64,000 bases of DNA from Auanema rhodensis (lineage: Eukaryota > Animalia > Nematoda). Every line of letters starts with the position of its first letter. The stretch's first letter is position 1. The notes below the pieces were generated by a model. That model was not told the origin of the DNA and did not search any database. It saw only the letters and a program-made list of their open reading frames with translations. The position numbers and the translations under genes were made by a program. The stretch lies in NCBI GenBank assembly GCA_964057225.1, contig OZ059894.1, forward strand, positions 13,206,001 to 13,270,000. The letters are read 5' to 3'. Positions 1 through 15,000 of the stretch are shown here, piece after piece.

Positions 1-3000
1 TTTAATCATGTTTCTTGGAACAATTTTAAATTTTACAATAATTTCGAAACAAATCATCCAGTTAATAATGTTTTTAACAGTAAAGTAGATATAATTTTAA
101 TTATTTTGATACTCAAAAAATAAAACATGAAAATATTTTATAATTTTCCAATTCATTTTACTCCATTTTCTTCATTTAATCACGTATTTTGAAACAATCT
201 CAAATTTTTACAATAGTTTTGAAACAATTCATTCGTTCATTAAGATTTTAAACAATGAAAAAAAAAAGTTTGAATATTTTGAAACTCAAGAAATAAAACA
301 TGAAAATATTTTATAATTTTCCAATTCATTTTACTCCATTTTCTTCATTTAATCACGTATTTTGAAACAATCTCAAATTTTTACAATAGTTTTGAAACAA
401 TTCATTCGTTCATTAAGATTTTAAACAGTGAAAAAAAAAAGTTTGAATATTTTGATACTAAAAAAATAAAACATGAAAATATTTTAAAATTTTCCAATTC
501 ATTTTACTCTATTTTTTTCATTCAATCACGTATTTTGAAACAATCTCAAATTTTTACAATAGTTTTGAAACAATTCATTCGTTCATTGAGATTTTAAACA
601 GTGAAAAAAAAAGTTTGAATATTTTGATACTCAAGAAATAAAACATGAAAATATTTCATAATTTTCCAATTCATTTTACTCAACAACAATTCATTCGTTC
701 ATTAAGATTTGAAACATTAAAAACGATCTTAAATTGAATTTTCTGATACTAAGAAAATAAAACATGGAAATATTTTATAAAAACGATCTTAAATTGAATT
801 TTCTGATACTAAGAAAATAAAACATGGAAATATTTTATAATTTTCCAATTCATTTTCATTCAATCACGTATTTTAAAACAATCTCAAATTTTTACAATAG
901 TTTTGAAACAATTCATTCGTTCATTAAGATTTTAAACAGTGAAAAAAAAAAGTTTGAATATTTTGATACTCAAGAAATAAAACATGGAAATATTTTATAA
1001 TTTTCCAATTCATTTTACTCCATTTTCTTCATTTAATCACGTATTTTGAAACAATCTCAAATTTTTACAATAGTTTTGAAACAATTCATTCGTTTTGTAA
1101 GATTTTAAACAGTGAAAAAAAAAAGTTTGAATATTTTGAAACTCAAGAAATAAAACATGAAAATATTTTATAATATTCCAATTCATTTTACTCTATTTTC
1201 TTCATTTAATCATGTTTCTTGGAACAATTTTAAATTTTACAATAATTTCGAAACAAATCATCCAGTTAATAATGTTTTTAACAGTAAAGTAGATATAATT
1301 TTAATTATTTTGATACTCAAAAAATAAAACATAAAAATATTTTATAATTTTCCAATTCATTTTACTCCATTTTCTTCATTTAATCACGTATTTTGAAACA
1401 ATCTCATATTTTTACAATAGTTTTGAAACAATTCATTCGTTCATTGAGATTTGAAACATTAAAAACGATCTTAATTTGAATTTTTTGATACTAAAAAAAT
1501 AAAACATGGAAATATTTTATAATTTTCCAATTCATTTTACTCCATTTTCTTCATTTAATCACGTATTTTGAAACAATCTCAAATTTTTACAATAGTTTTG
1601 AAACAATTCATTCGTTCATTAAGATTTTAAACAAGGAAAAAAAAAGTTTGAATATTTTGAAACTCAAGAAATAAAACATGAAAATATTTTATAATTTTCC
1701 AATTCATTTTACTCCATTTTCTTCATTTAATCACGTATTTTGAAACAATCTCATATTTTTACAATAGTTTTGAAACAATTCATTCGTTCTGTATGATTTT
1801 AAACAGTGAAAAAAAAAAGTTTAAATATTTTGATACTCAAGAAATAAAACATGAAAATATTTTATAATTTTCCAATTCATTTTACTCCATTTTCTTTATT
1901 TAATCACGTATTTTGAAACAATCTCAAATTTTTACAATAGTTTTGAAACAATTCATTCGTTCATTGAGATTTTAAACAGTGAAAAAAAAAGTTTGAATAT
2001 TTTGATACTAAAAAAATAAAACATGAAAATATTTTAAAATTTTCCAATTCATTTTACTCTATTTTCTTCATTTAATCATGTTTCTTGGAACAATTTTAAA
2101 TTTTACAATAATTTCGAAACAAATCATCCAGTTAATAATGTTTTTAACAGTAAAGTAGATATAATTTTAATTATTTTGATACTCAAAAAATAAAACATGA
2201 AAATATTTTATAATTTTCCAATTCATTTTACTCCATTTTCTTCATTTAATCACGTATTTTGAAACAATCTCATATTTTTACAATAGTTTTGAAACAATTC
2301 ATTCGTTCATTAAGATTTTAAACAGTGAAAAAAAAAGTTTGAATATTTTGATACTCAAGAAATAAAACATGAAAATATTTTATAATTTTCCAATTCATTT
2401 TACTCTATTTTCTTCATTTAATCATGTTTCTTGGAACAATTTTAATTTTTACAATGATTTCGAAACAAATCATTCATTTAATAATGTTTTTAACAGTGAA
2501 GAAGATATAATTTTAAATATTTTGATACTCAAAAAATAAAACATGAAAATATTTTAAAATTTTCCAATTCATTTTACTCTATTTTTTTCATTCAATCACG
2601 TATTTTGAAACAATCTCAAATTTTTACAATAGTTTTGAAACAATTCATTCGTTCATTAAGATTTTAAACAGTGAAAAAAAAAAGTTTGAATATTTTGATA
2701 CTCAAGAAATAAAACATGGAAATATTTTATAATTTTCCAATTCATTTTACTCCATTTTCTTCATTTAATCACGTATTTTGAAACAATCTCAAATTTTTAC
2801 AATAGTTTTGAAACAATTCATTCGTTTTGTAAGATTTTAAACAGTGAAAAAAAAAAGTTTGAATATTTTGAAACTCAAGAAATAAAACATGAAAATATTT
2901 TATAATATTCCAATTCATTTTACTCTATTTTCTTCATTTAATCATGTTTCTTGGAACAATTTTAAATTTTACAATAATTTCGAAACAAATCATCCAGTTA

Positions 3001-6000
3001 ATAATGTTTTTAACAGTAAAGTAGAGATAATTTTAATTATTTTGATACTCAAAAAATAAAACATAAAAATATTTTATAATTTTCCAATTCATTTTACTCC
3101 ATTTTCTTCATTTAATCACGTATTTTGAAACAATCTCATATTTTTACAATAGTTTTGAAACAATTCATTCGTTCATTGAGATTTGAAACATTAAAAACGA
3201 TCTTAATTTGAATTTTTTGATACTAAAAAAATAAAACATGGAAATATTTTATAATTTTCCAATTCATTTTACTCCATTTTCTTCATTTAATCACGTATTT
3301 TGAAACAATCTCAAATTTTTACAATAGTTTTGAAACAATTCATTCGTTCATTAAGATTTTAAACAATGAAAAAAAAAAGTTTGAATATTTTGAAACTCAA
3401 GAAATAAAACATGAAAATATTTTATAATTTTCCAATTCATTTTACTCCATTTTCTTCATTTAATCACGTATTTTGAAACAATCTCATATTTTTACAATAG
3501 TTTTGAAACAATTCATTCGTTCTGTAAGATTTTAAACAGTGAAAAAAAAAAGTTTAAATATTTTGATACTCAAGAAATAAAACATGAAAATATTTTATAT
3601 TTTTCCAATTCATTTTACTCCATTTTCTTTATTTAATCACGTATTTTGAAACAATCTCAAATTTTTACAATAGTTTTGAAACAATTCATTCGTTCATTAA
3701 GATTTTAAACAGTGAAAAAAAAAAGTTTGAATATTTTGATACTAAAAAAATAAAACATGAAAATATTTTAAAATTTTCCAATTCATTTTACTCTATTTTC
3801 TTCATTTAATCACGTATTTTGAAACAATCTCAAATTTTTACAATAGTTTTGAAACAATTCATTCGTTTTGTAAGATTTTAAACAGTGAAAAAAAAAAGTT
3901 TGAATATTTTGAAACTCAAGAAATAAAACATGAAAATATTTTATAATATTCCAATTCATTTTACTCTATTTTCTTCATTTAATCATGTTTCTTGGAACAA
4001 TTTTAAATTTTACAATAATTTCGAAACAAATCATCCAGTTAATAATGTTTTTAACAGTAAAGTAGATATAATTTTAATTATTTTGATACTCAAAAAATAA
4101 AACATAAAAATATTTTATAATTTTCCAATTCATTTTACTCCATTTTCTTCATTTAATCCCGTATTTTGAAACAATCTCATATTTTTACAATAGTTTTGAA
4201 ACAATTCATTCGTTCATTGAGATTTGAAACATTAAAAACGATCTTAATTTGAATTTTTTGATACTAAAAAAATAAAACATGGAAATATTTTATAATTTTC
4301 CAGTTCATTTTACTCCATTTTCTTCATTTAATCACGTATTTTGAAACAATCTCAAATTTTTACAATAGTTTTGAAACAATTCATTCGTTCATTAAGATTT
4401 TAAACAATGAAAAAAAAAAGTTTGAATATTTTGAAACTCAAGAAATAAAACATGAAAATATTTTATAATTTTCCAATTCATTTTAATCCATTTTCTTCAT
4501 TTAATCACGTATTTTGAAACAATCTCATATTTTTACAATAGTTTTGAAACAATTCATTCGTTCTGTAAGATTTTAAACAGTGAAAAAAAAAAGTTTAAAT
4601 ATTTTGATACTCAAGAAATAAAACATGAAAATATTTTATAATTTTCCAATTCATTTTACTCCATTTTCTTTATTTAATCACGTATTTTGAAACAATCTCA
4701 AATTTTTACAATAGTTTTGAAACAATTCATTCGTTCATTAAGATTTTAAACAGTGAAAAAAAAAAGTTTGAATATTTTGATACTAAAAAAATAAAACATG
4801 AAAATATATTAAAATTTTCCAATTCATTTTACTCTATTTTCTTCATTTAATCACGTATTTTGAAACAATCTCAAATTTTTACAATAGTTTTGAAACAATT
4901 CATTCGTTCATTGAGATTTTAAACAGTGAAAAAAAAAGTTTGAATATTTTGATACTCAAGAAATAAAACATGAAAATATTTTATAATTTTCCAATTCATT
5001 TTACTCTATTTTCTTCATTTAATCATGTTTCTTGGAACAATTTTAATTTTTACAATGATTTCGAAACAAATCATTCATTTAATAATGTTTTTAACAGTGA
5101 AGAAGATATAATTTTAAATATTTTGATACTCAAAAAATAAAACATGAAAATATTTTAAAATTTTCCAATTCATTTTACTCTATTTTTTTCATTCAATCAC
5201 GTATTTTGAAACAATCTCAAATTTTTACAATAGTTTTGAAACAATTCATTCGTTCATTAAGATTTTAAACAGTGAAAAAAAAAAGTTTGAATATTTTGAT
5301 ACTCAAGAAATAAAACATGAAAATATTTTATAATTTTCCAATTCATTTTACTCTATTTTCTTCATTTAATCATGTTTCTTGGAACAATTTTAAATTTTAC
5401 AATAATTTCGAAACAAATCATCCAGTTAATAATGTTTTTAACAGTAAAGTAGATATAATTTTAGTTATTTTGATACTCAAAAAATAAAACATAAAAATAT
5501 TTTATAATTTTCCAATTCATTTTACTCCATTTTCTTCATTTAATCACGTATTTTGAAACAATCTCATATTTTTACAATAGTTTTGAAACAATTCATTCGT
5601 TCATTGAGATTTGAAACATTAAAAACGATCTTAATTTGAATTTTCTGATACTAAAAAAATAAAACATGGAAATATTTTATAATTTTCCAATTCATTTTAC
5701 TCCATTTTCTTCATTTAATCACGTATTTTGAAACAATCTCAAATTTTTACAATAGTTTTGAAACAATTCATTCGTTCATTAAGATTTTAAACAGTGAAAA
5801 AAAAAGTTTGAATATTTTGATACTCAAGAAATAAAACATGAAAATATTTTATAATTTTCCAATTCATTTTACTCTATTTTCTTCATTTAATCATGTTTCT
5901 TGGAACAATTTTAAATTTTACAATAATTTCGAAACAAATCATTCATTTAATAATGTTTTTAACAGTGAAGAAGATATAATTTTAAATATTTTGATACTCA

Positions 6001-9000
6001 AAAAATAAAACATGAAAATATTTTAAAATTTTCCAATTCATTTTACTCTATTTTTTTCATTCAATCACGTATTTTGAAACAATCTCAAATTTTTACAATA
6101 ATATCGAAACAAATCATCCAGTTAATAATGTTTTTAACAGTAAAGTAGATATAATTTTAGTTATTTTGATACTCAAAAAATAAAACATAAAAATATTTTA
6201 TAATTTTTCAATTCATTTTACTCCATTTTCTTCATTTAATCACGTATTTTGAAACAATCTCATATTTTTACAATAGTTTTGAAACAATTCATTCGTTCAT
6301 TGAGATTTGAAACATTAAAAACGATCTTAATTTGAATTTTCTGATACTAAAAAAATAAAACATGGAAATATTTTATAATTTTCCAATTCATTTTACTCCA
6401 TTTTCTTCATTTAATCACGTATTTTGAAACAATCTCAAATTTTTACAATAGTTTTGAAACAATTCATTCGTTCATTAAGATTTTAAACAGTGAAAAAAAA
6501 AGTTTGAATATTTTGATACTAAAAAAATAAAACATGAAAATATTTTAAAATTTTCCAATTCATTTTACTCTATTTTCTTCATTTAATCACGTATTTTGAA
6601 ACAATCTCAAATTTTTACAATAGTTTTGAAACAATTCATTCGTTCATTGAGATTTTAAACAGTGAAAAAAAAAGTTTGAATATTTTGATACTCAAGAAAT
6701 AAAACATGAAAATATTTTATAATTTTCCAATTCATTTTACTCTATTTTCTTCATTTAATCATGTTTCTTGGAACAATTTTAAATTTTACAATAATTTCGA
6801 AACAAATCATTCATTTAATAATGTTTTTAACAGTGAAGAAGATATAATTTTAAATATTTTGATACTCAAAAAATAAAACATGAAAATATTTTAAAATTTT
6901 CCAATTCATTTTACTCTATTTTTTTCATTCAATCACGTATTTTGAAACAATCTCAAATTTTTACAATAATATCGAAACAAATCATCCAGTTAATAATGTT
7001 TTTAACAGTAAAAAAGATATAATTTTGAATATTTTGATACTCAAGAAATAAAACATGAAAATATTTTATAATTTTCCAATTCATTTTACTCCATTTTCTT
7101 CATTTAATCACGTATTTTGAAACAATCTCATATTTTTACAATAGTTTTGAAACAATTCATTCGTTCATTGAGATTTGAAACATTAAAAACGATCTTAATT
7201 TGAATTTTCTGATACTAAGAAAATAAAACATGGAAATATTTTATAATTTTCCAATTCATTTTACTCCATTTTCTTCATTTAATCACGTATTTTGAAACAA
7301 TCTCATATTTTTACAATAGTTTTGAAACAATTCATTCGTTCATTGAGATTTGAAACATTAAAAACGATCTTAATTTGAATTTTCTGATACTAAGAAAATA
7401 AAACATGGAAATATTTTATAATTTTCCAATTCATTTTACTCCATTTTCTTCATTTAATCACGTATTTTGAAACAATCTCAAATTTTTACAATAGTTTTGA
7501 AACAATTCATTCGTTTTGTAAGATTTTAAACAGTGAAAAAAAAAAGTTTGAATATTTTGAAACTCAAGAAATAAAACATGAAAATATTTTATAATATTCC
7601 AATTCATTTTACTCTATTTTCTTCATTTAATCATGTTTCTTGGAACAATTTTAAATTTTACAATAATTTCGAAACAAATCATCCAGTTAATAATGTTTTT
7701 AACAGTAAAGTAGATATAATTTTAGTTATTTTGATACTCAAAAAATAAAACATAAAAATATTTTATAATTTTCCAATTCATTTTACTCCATTTTCTTCAT
7801 TTAATCACGTATTTTGAAACAATCTCATATTTTTACAATAGTTTTGAAACAATTCATTCGTTCATTGAGATTTGAAACATTAAAAACGATCTTAATTTGA
7901 ATTTTCTGATACTAAAAAAATAAAACATGGAAATATTTTATAATTTTCCAATTCATTTTACTCCATTTTCTTCATTTAATCACGTATTTTGAAACAATCT
8001 CAAATTTTTACAATAGTTTTGAAACAATTCATTCGTTCATTAAGATTTTAAACAGTGAAAAAAAAAGTTTGAATATTTTGATACTAAAAAAATAAAACAT
8101 GAAAATATTTTAAAATTTTCCAATTCATTTTACTCTATTTTCTTCATTTAATCACGTATTTTGAAACAATCTCAAATTTTTACAATAGTTTTGAAACAAT
8201 TCATTCGTTCATTGAGATTTTAAACAGTGAAAAAAAAAGTTTGAATATTTTGATACTCAAGAAATAAAACATGAAAATATTTTATAATTTTCCAATTCAT
8301 TTTACTCTATTTTCTTCATTTAATCATGTTTCTTGGAACAATTTTAAATTTTACAATAATTTCGAAACAAATCATTCATTTAATAATGTTTTTAACAGTG
8401 AAGAAGATATAATTTTAAATATTTTGATACTCAAAAAATAAAACATGAAAATATTTTAAAATTTTCCAATTCATTTTACTCTATTTTTTTCATTCAATCA
8501 CGTATTTTGAAACAATCTCAAATTTTTACAATAATATCGAAACAAATCATCCAGTTAATAATGTTTTTAACAGTAAAGTAGATATAATTTTAGTTATTTT
8601 GATACTCAAAAAATAAAACATAAAAATATTTTATAATTTTCCAATTCATTTTACTCCATTTTCTTCATTTAATCACGTATTTTGAAACAATCTCATATTT
8701 TTACAATAGTTTTGAAACAATTCATTCGTTCATTGAGATTTGAAACATTAAAAACGATCTTAATTTGAATTTTCTGATACTAAAAAAATAAAACATGGAA
8801 ATATTTTATAATTTTCCAATTCATTTTACTCCATTTTCTTCATTTAATCACGTATTTTGAAACAATCTCAAATTTTTACAATAGTTTTGAAACAATTCAT
8901 TCGTTCATTGAGATTTGAAACATTAAAAACGATCTTAATTTGAATTTTCTGATACTAAAAAAATAAAACATGGAAATATTTTATAATTTTCCAATTCATT

Positions 9001-12000
9001 TTACTCCATTTTCTTCATTTAATCACGTATTTTGAAACAATCTCAAATTTTTACAATAGTTTTGAAACAATTCATTCGTTCATTAAGATTTTAAACAGTG
9101 AAAAAAAAAGTTTGAATATTTTGATACTAAAAAAATAAAACATGAAAATATTTTAAAATTTTCCAATTCATTTTACTCTATTTTCTTCATTTAATCACGT
9201 ATTTTGAAACAATCTCAAATTTTTACAATAGTTTTGAAACAATTCATTCGTTCATTGAGATTTTAAACAGTGAAAAAAAAAGTTTGAATATTTTGATACT
9301 CAAGAAATAAAACATGAAAATATTTTATAATTTTCCAATTCATTTTACTCTATTTTCTTCATTTAATCATGTTTCTTGGAACAATTTTAAATTTTACAAT
9401 AATTTCGAAACAAATCATTCATTTAATAATGTTTTTAACAGTGAAGAAGATATAATTTTAAATATTTTGATACTCAAAAAATAAAACATGAAAATATTTT
9501 AAAATTTTCCAATTCATTTTACTCTATTTTTTTCATTCAATCACGTATTTTGAAACAATCTCAAATTTTTACAATAATATCGAAACAAATCATCCAGTTA
9601 ATAATGTTTTTAACAGTAAAAAAGATATAATTTTGAATATTTTGATACTCAAGAAATAAAACATGAAAATATTTTATAATTTTCCAATTCATTTTACTCC
9701 ATTTTCTTCATTTAATCACGTATTTTGAAACAATCTCATATTTTTACAATAGTTTTGAAACAATTCATTCGTTCATTGAGATTTGAAACATTAAAAACGA
9801 TCTTAATTTGAATTTTCTGATACTAAGAAAATAAAACATGGAAATATTTTATAATTTTCCAATTCATTTTACTCCATTTTCTTCATTTAATCACGTATTT
9901 TGAAACAATCTCAAATTTTTACAATAGTTTTGAAACAATTCATTCGTTTTGTAAGATTTTAAACAGTGAAAAAAAAAAGTTTGAATATTTTGAAACTCAA
10001 GAAATAAAACATGAAAATATTTTATAATATTCCAATTCATTTTACTCTATTTTCTTCATTTAATCATGTTTCTTGGAACAATTTTAAATTTTACAATAAT
10101 TTCGAAACAAATCATCCAGTTAATAATGTTTTTAACAGTAAAGTAGATATAATTTTAGTTATTTTGATACTCAAAAAATAAAACATGAAAATATTTTAAA
10201 ATTTTCCAATTCATTTTACTCTATTTTTTTCATTCAATCACGTATTTTGAAACAATCTCAAATTTTTACAATAATATCGAAACAAATCATCCAGTTAATA
10301 ATGTTTTTAACAGTGAAGAAGATATAATTTTAAATATTTTGATACTCAAAAAATAAAACATGAAAATATTTTAAAATTTTCCAATTCATTTTACTCTATT
10401 TTTTTCATTCAATCACGTATTTTGAAACAATCTCAAATTTTTACAATAATATCGAAACAAATCATCCAGTTAATAATGTTTTTAACAGTAAAAAAGATAT
10501 AATTTTGAATATTTTGATACTCAAGAAATAAAACATGAAAATATTTTATAATTTTCCAATTCATTTTACTCCATTTTCTTCATTTAATCACGTATTTTGA
10601 AACAATCTCAAATTTTTACAATAGTTTTGAAACAATTCATTCGTTTTGTAAGATTTTAAACAGTGAAAAAAAAAAGTTTGAATATTTTGAAACTCAAGAA
10701 ATAAAACATGAAAATATTTTATAATATTCCAATTCATTTTACTCTATTTTCTTCATTTAATCATGTTTCTTGGAACAATTTTAAATTTTACAATAATTTC
10801 GAAACAAATCATCCAGTTAATAATGTTTTTAACAGTAAAGTAGATATAATTTTAATTATTTTGATACTCAAAAAATAAAACATAAAAATATTTTATAATT
10901 TTCCAATTCATTTTACTCCATTTTCTTCATTTAATCACGTATTTTGAAACAATCTCATATTTTTACAATAGTTTTGAAACAATTCATTCGTTCATTGAGA
11001 TTTGAAACATTAAAAACGATCTTAATTTGAATTTTCTGATACTAAAAAAATAAAACATGGAAATATTTTATAATTTTCCAATTCATTTTACTCCATTTTC
11101 TTCATTTAATCACGTATTTTGAAACAATCTCAAATTTTTACAATAGTTTTGAAACAATTCATTCGTTCATTAAGATTTTAAACAGTGAAAAAAAAAGTTT
11201 GAATATTTTGATACTAAAAAAATAAAACATGAAAATATTTTAAAATTTTCCAATTCATTTTACTCTATTTTCTTCATTTAATCACGTATTTTGAAACAAT
11301 CTCAAATTTTTACAATAGTTTTGAAACAATTCATTCGTTCATTGAGATTTTAAACAGTGAAAAAAAAAGTTTGAATATTTTGATACTCAAGAAATAAAAC
11401 ATGAAAATATTTTATAATTTTCCAATTCATTTTACTCTATTTTCTTCATTTAATCATGTTTCTTGGAACAATTTTAAATTTTACAATAATTTCGAAACAA
11501 ATCATTCATTTAATAATGTTTTTAACAGTGAAGAAGATATAATTTTAAATATTTTGATACTCAAAAAATAAAACATGAAAATATTTTAAAATTTTCCAAT
11601 TCATTTTACTCTATTTTTTTCATTCAATCACGTATTTTGAAACAATCTCAAATTTTTACAATAATATCGAAACAAATCATCCAGTTAATAATGTTTTTAA
11701 CAGTAAAAAAGATATAATTTTGAATATTTTGATACTCAAGAAATAAAACATGAAAATATTTTATAATTTTCCAATTCATTTTACTCCATTTTCTTCATTT
11801 AATCACGTATTTTGAAACAATCTCATATTTTTACAATAGTTTTGAAACAATTCATTCGTTCATTGAGATTTGAAACATTAAAAACGATCTTAATTTGAAT
11901 TTTCTGATACTAAAAAAATAAAACATGGAAATATTTTATAATTTTCCAATTCATTTTACTCCATTTTCTTCATTTAATCACGTATTTTGAAACAATCTCA

Positions 12001-15000
12001 AATTTTTACAATAGTTTTGAAACAATTCATTCGTTCATTGAGATTTGAAACATTAAAAACGATCTTAATTTGAATTTTCTGATACTAAAAAAATAAAACA
12101 TGAAAATATTTTAAAATTTTCCAATTCATTTTACTCTATTTTCTTCATTTAATCACGTATTTTGAAACAATCTCAAATTTTTACAATAGTTTTGAAACAA
12201 TTCATTCGTTCATTGAGATTTTAAACAGTGAAAAAAAAAGTTTGAATATTTTGATACTCAAGAAATAAAACATGAAAATATTTTATAATTTTCCAATTCA
12301 TTTTACTCTATTTTCTTCATTTAATCATGTTTCTTGGAACAATTTTAAATTTTACAATAATTTCGAAACAAATCATTCATTTAATAATGTTTTTAACAGT
12401 GAAGAAGATATAATTTTAAATATTTTGATACTCAAAAAATAAAACATGAAAATATTTTAAAATTTTCCAATTCATTTTACTCTATTTTTTTCATTCAATC
12501 ACGTATTTTGAAACAATCTCAAATTTTTACAATAATATCGAAACAAATCATCCAGTTAATAATGTTTTTAACAGTAAAAAAGATATAATTTTGAATATTT
12601 TGATACTCAAGAAATAAAACATGAAAATATTTTATAATTTTCCAATTCATTTTACTCCATTTTCTTCATTTAATCACGTATTTTGAAACAATCTCAAATT
12701 TTTACAATAGTTTTGAAACAATTCATTCGTTTTGTAAGATTTTAAACAGTGAAAAAAAAAAGTTTGAATATTTTGAAACTCAAGAAATAAAACATGAAAA
12801 TATTTTATAATATTCCAATTCATTTTACTCTATTTTCTTCATTTAATCATGTTTCTTGGAACAATTTTAAATTTTACAATAATTTCGAAACAAATCATCC
12901 AGTTAATAATGTTTTTAACAGTAAAGTAGATATAATTTTAATTATTTTGATACTCAAAAAATAAAACATAAAAATATTTTATAATTTTCCAATTCATTTT
13001 ACTCCATTTTCTTCATTTAATCACGTATTTTGAAACAATCTCAAATTTTTACAATAGTTTTGAAACAATTCATTCGTTCATTAAGATTTTAAACAGTGAA
13101 AAAAAAAGGTTGAATATTTTGATACTAAAAAAATAAAACATGAAAATATTTTAAAATTTTCCAATTCATTTTACTCTATTTTCTTCATTTAATCACGTAT
13201 TTTGAAACAATCTCAAATTTTTACAATAGTTTTGAAACAATTCATTCGTTCATTGAGATTTTAAACAGTGAAAAAAAAAGTTTGAATATATTGATACTCA
13301 AGAAATAAAACATGAAAATATTTTATAATTTTCCAATTCATTTTACTCTATTTTCTTCATTTAATCATGTTTCTTGGAACAATTTTAAATTTTACAATAA
13401 TTTCGAAACAAATCATTCATTTAATAATGTTTTTAACAGTGAAGAAGATATAATTTTAAATATTTTGATACTCAAAAAATAAAACATGAAAATATTTTAA
13501 AATTTTCCAATTCATTTTACTCTATTTTTTTCATTCAATCACGTATTTTGAAACAATCTCAAATTTTTACAATAATATCGAAACAAATCATCCAGTTAAT
13601 AATGTTTTTAACAGTAAAGTAGATATAATTTTAGTTATTTTGATACTCAAAAAATAAAACATAAAAATATTTTATAATTTTCCAATTCATTTTACTCCAT
13701 TTTCTTCATTTAATCACGTATTTTGAAACAATCTCATATTTTTACAATAGTTTTGAAACAATTCATTCGTTCATTGAGATTTGAAACATTAAAAACGATC
13801 TTAATTTGAATTTTCTGATACTAAAAAAATAAAACATGGAAATATTTTATAATTTTCCAATTCATTTTACTCCATTTTCTTCATTTAATCACGTATTTTG
13901 AAACAATCTCAAATTTTTACAATAGTTTTGAAACAATTCATTCGTTCATTAAGATTTTAAACAGTGAAAAAAAAAGTTTGAATATTTTGATACTAAAAAA
14001 ATAAAACATGAAAATATTTTAAAATTTTCCAATTCATTTTACTCTATTTTCTTCATTTAATCACGTATTTTGAAACAATCTCAAATTTTTACAATAGTTT
14101 TGAAACAATTCATTCGTTCATTGAGATTTTAAACAGTGAAAAAAAAAGTTTGAATATTTTGATACTCAAGAAATAAAACATGAAAATATTTTATAATTTT
14201 CCAATTCATTTTACTCTATTTTCTTCATTTAATCATGTTTCTTGGAACAATTTTAAATTTTACAATAATTTCGAAACAAATCATTTATTTAATAATGTTT
14301 TTAACAGTGAAGAAGATATAATTTTAAATATTTTGATACTCAAAAAATAAAACATGAAAATATTTTAAAATTTTCCAATTCATTTTACTCTATTTTTTTC
14401 ATTCAATCACGTATTTTGAAACAATCTCAAATTTTTACAATAATATCGAAACAAATCATCCAGTTAATAATGTTTTTAACAGTAAAAAAGATATAATTTT
14501 GAATATTTTGATACTCAAGAAATAAAACATGAAAATATTTTATAATTTTCCAATTCATTTTACTCCATTTTCTTCATTTAATCACGTATTTTGAAACAAT
14601 CTCAAATTTTTACAATAGTTTTGAAACAATTCATTCGTTTTGTAAGATTTTAAACAGTGAAAAAAAAAAGTTTGAATATTTTGAAACTCAAGAAATAAAA
14701 CATGAAAATATTTTATAATATTCCAATTCATTTTACTCTATTTTCTTCATTTAATCATGTTTCTTGGAACAATTTTAAATTTTACAATAATTTCGAAACA
14801 AATCATCCAGTTAATAATGTTTTTAACAGTAAAGTAGATATAATTTTAATTATTTTGATACTCAAAAAATAAAACATAAAAATATTTTATAATTTTCCAA
14901 TTCATTTTACTCCATTTTCTTCATTTAATCACGTATTTTGAAACAATCTCAAATTTTTACAATAGTTTTGAAACAATTCATTCGTTCATTAAGATTTTAA

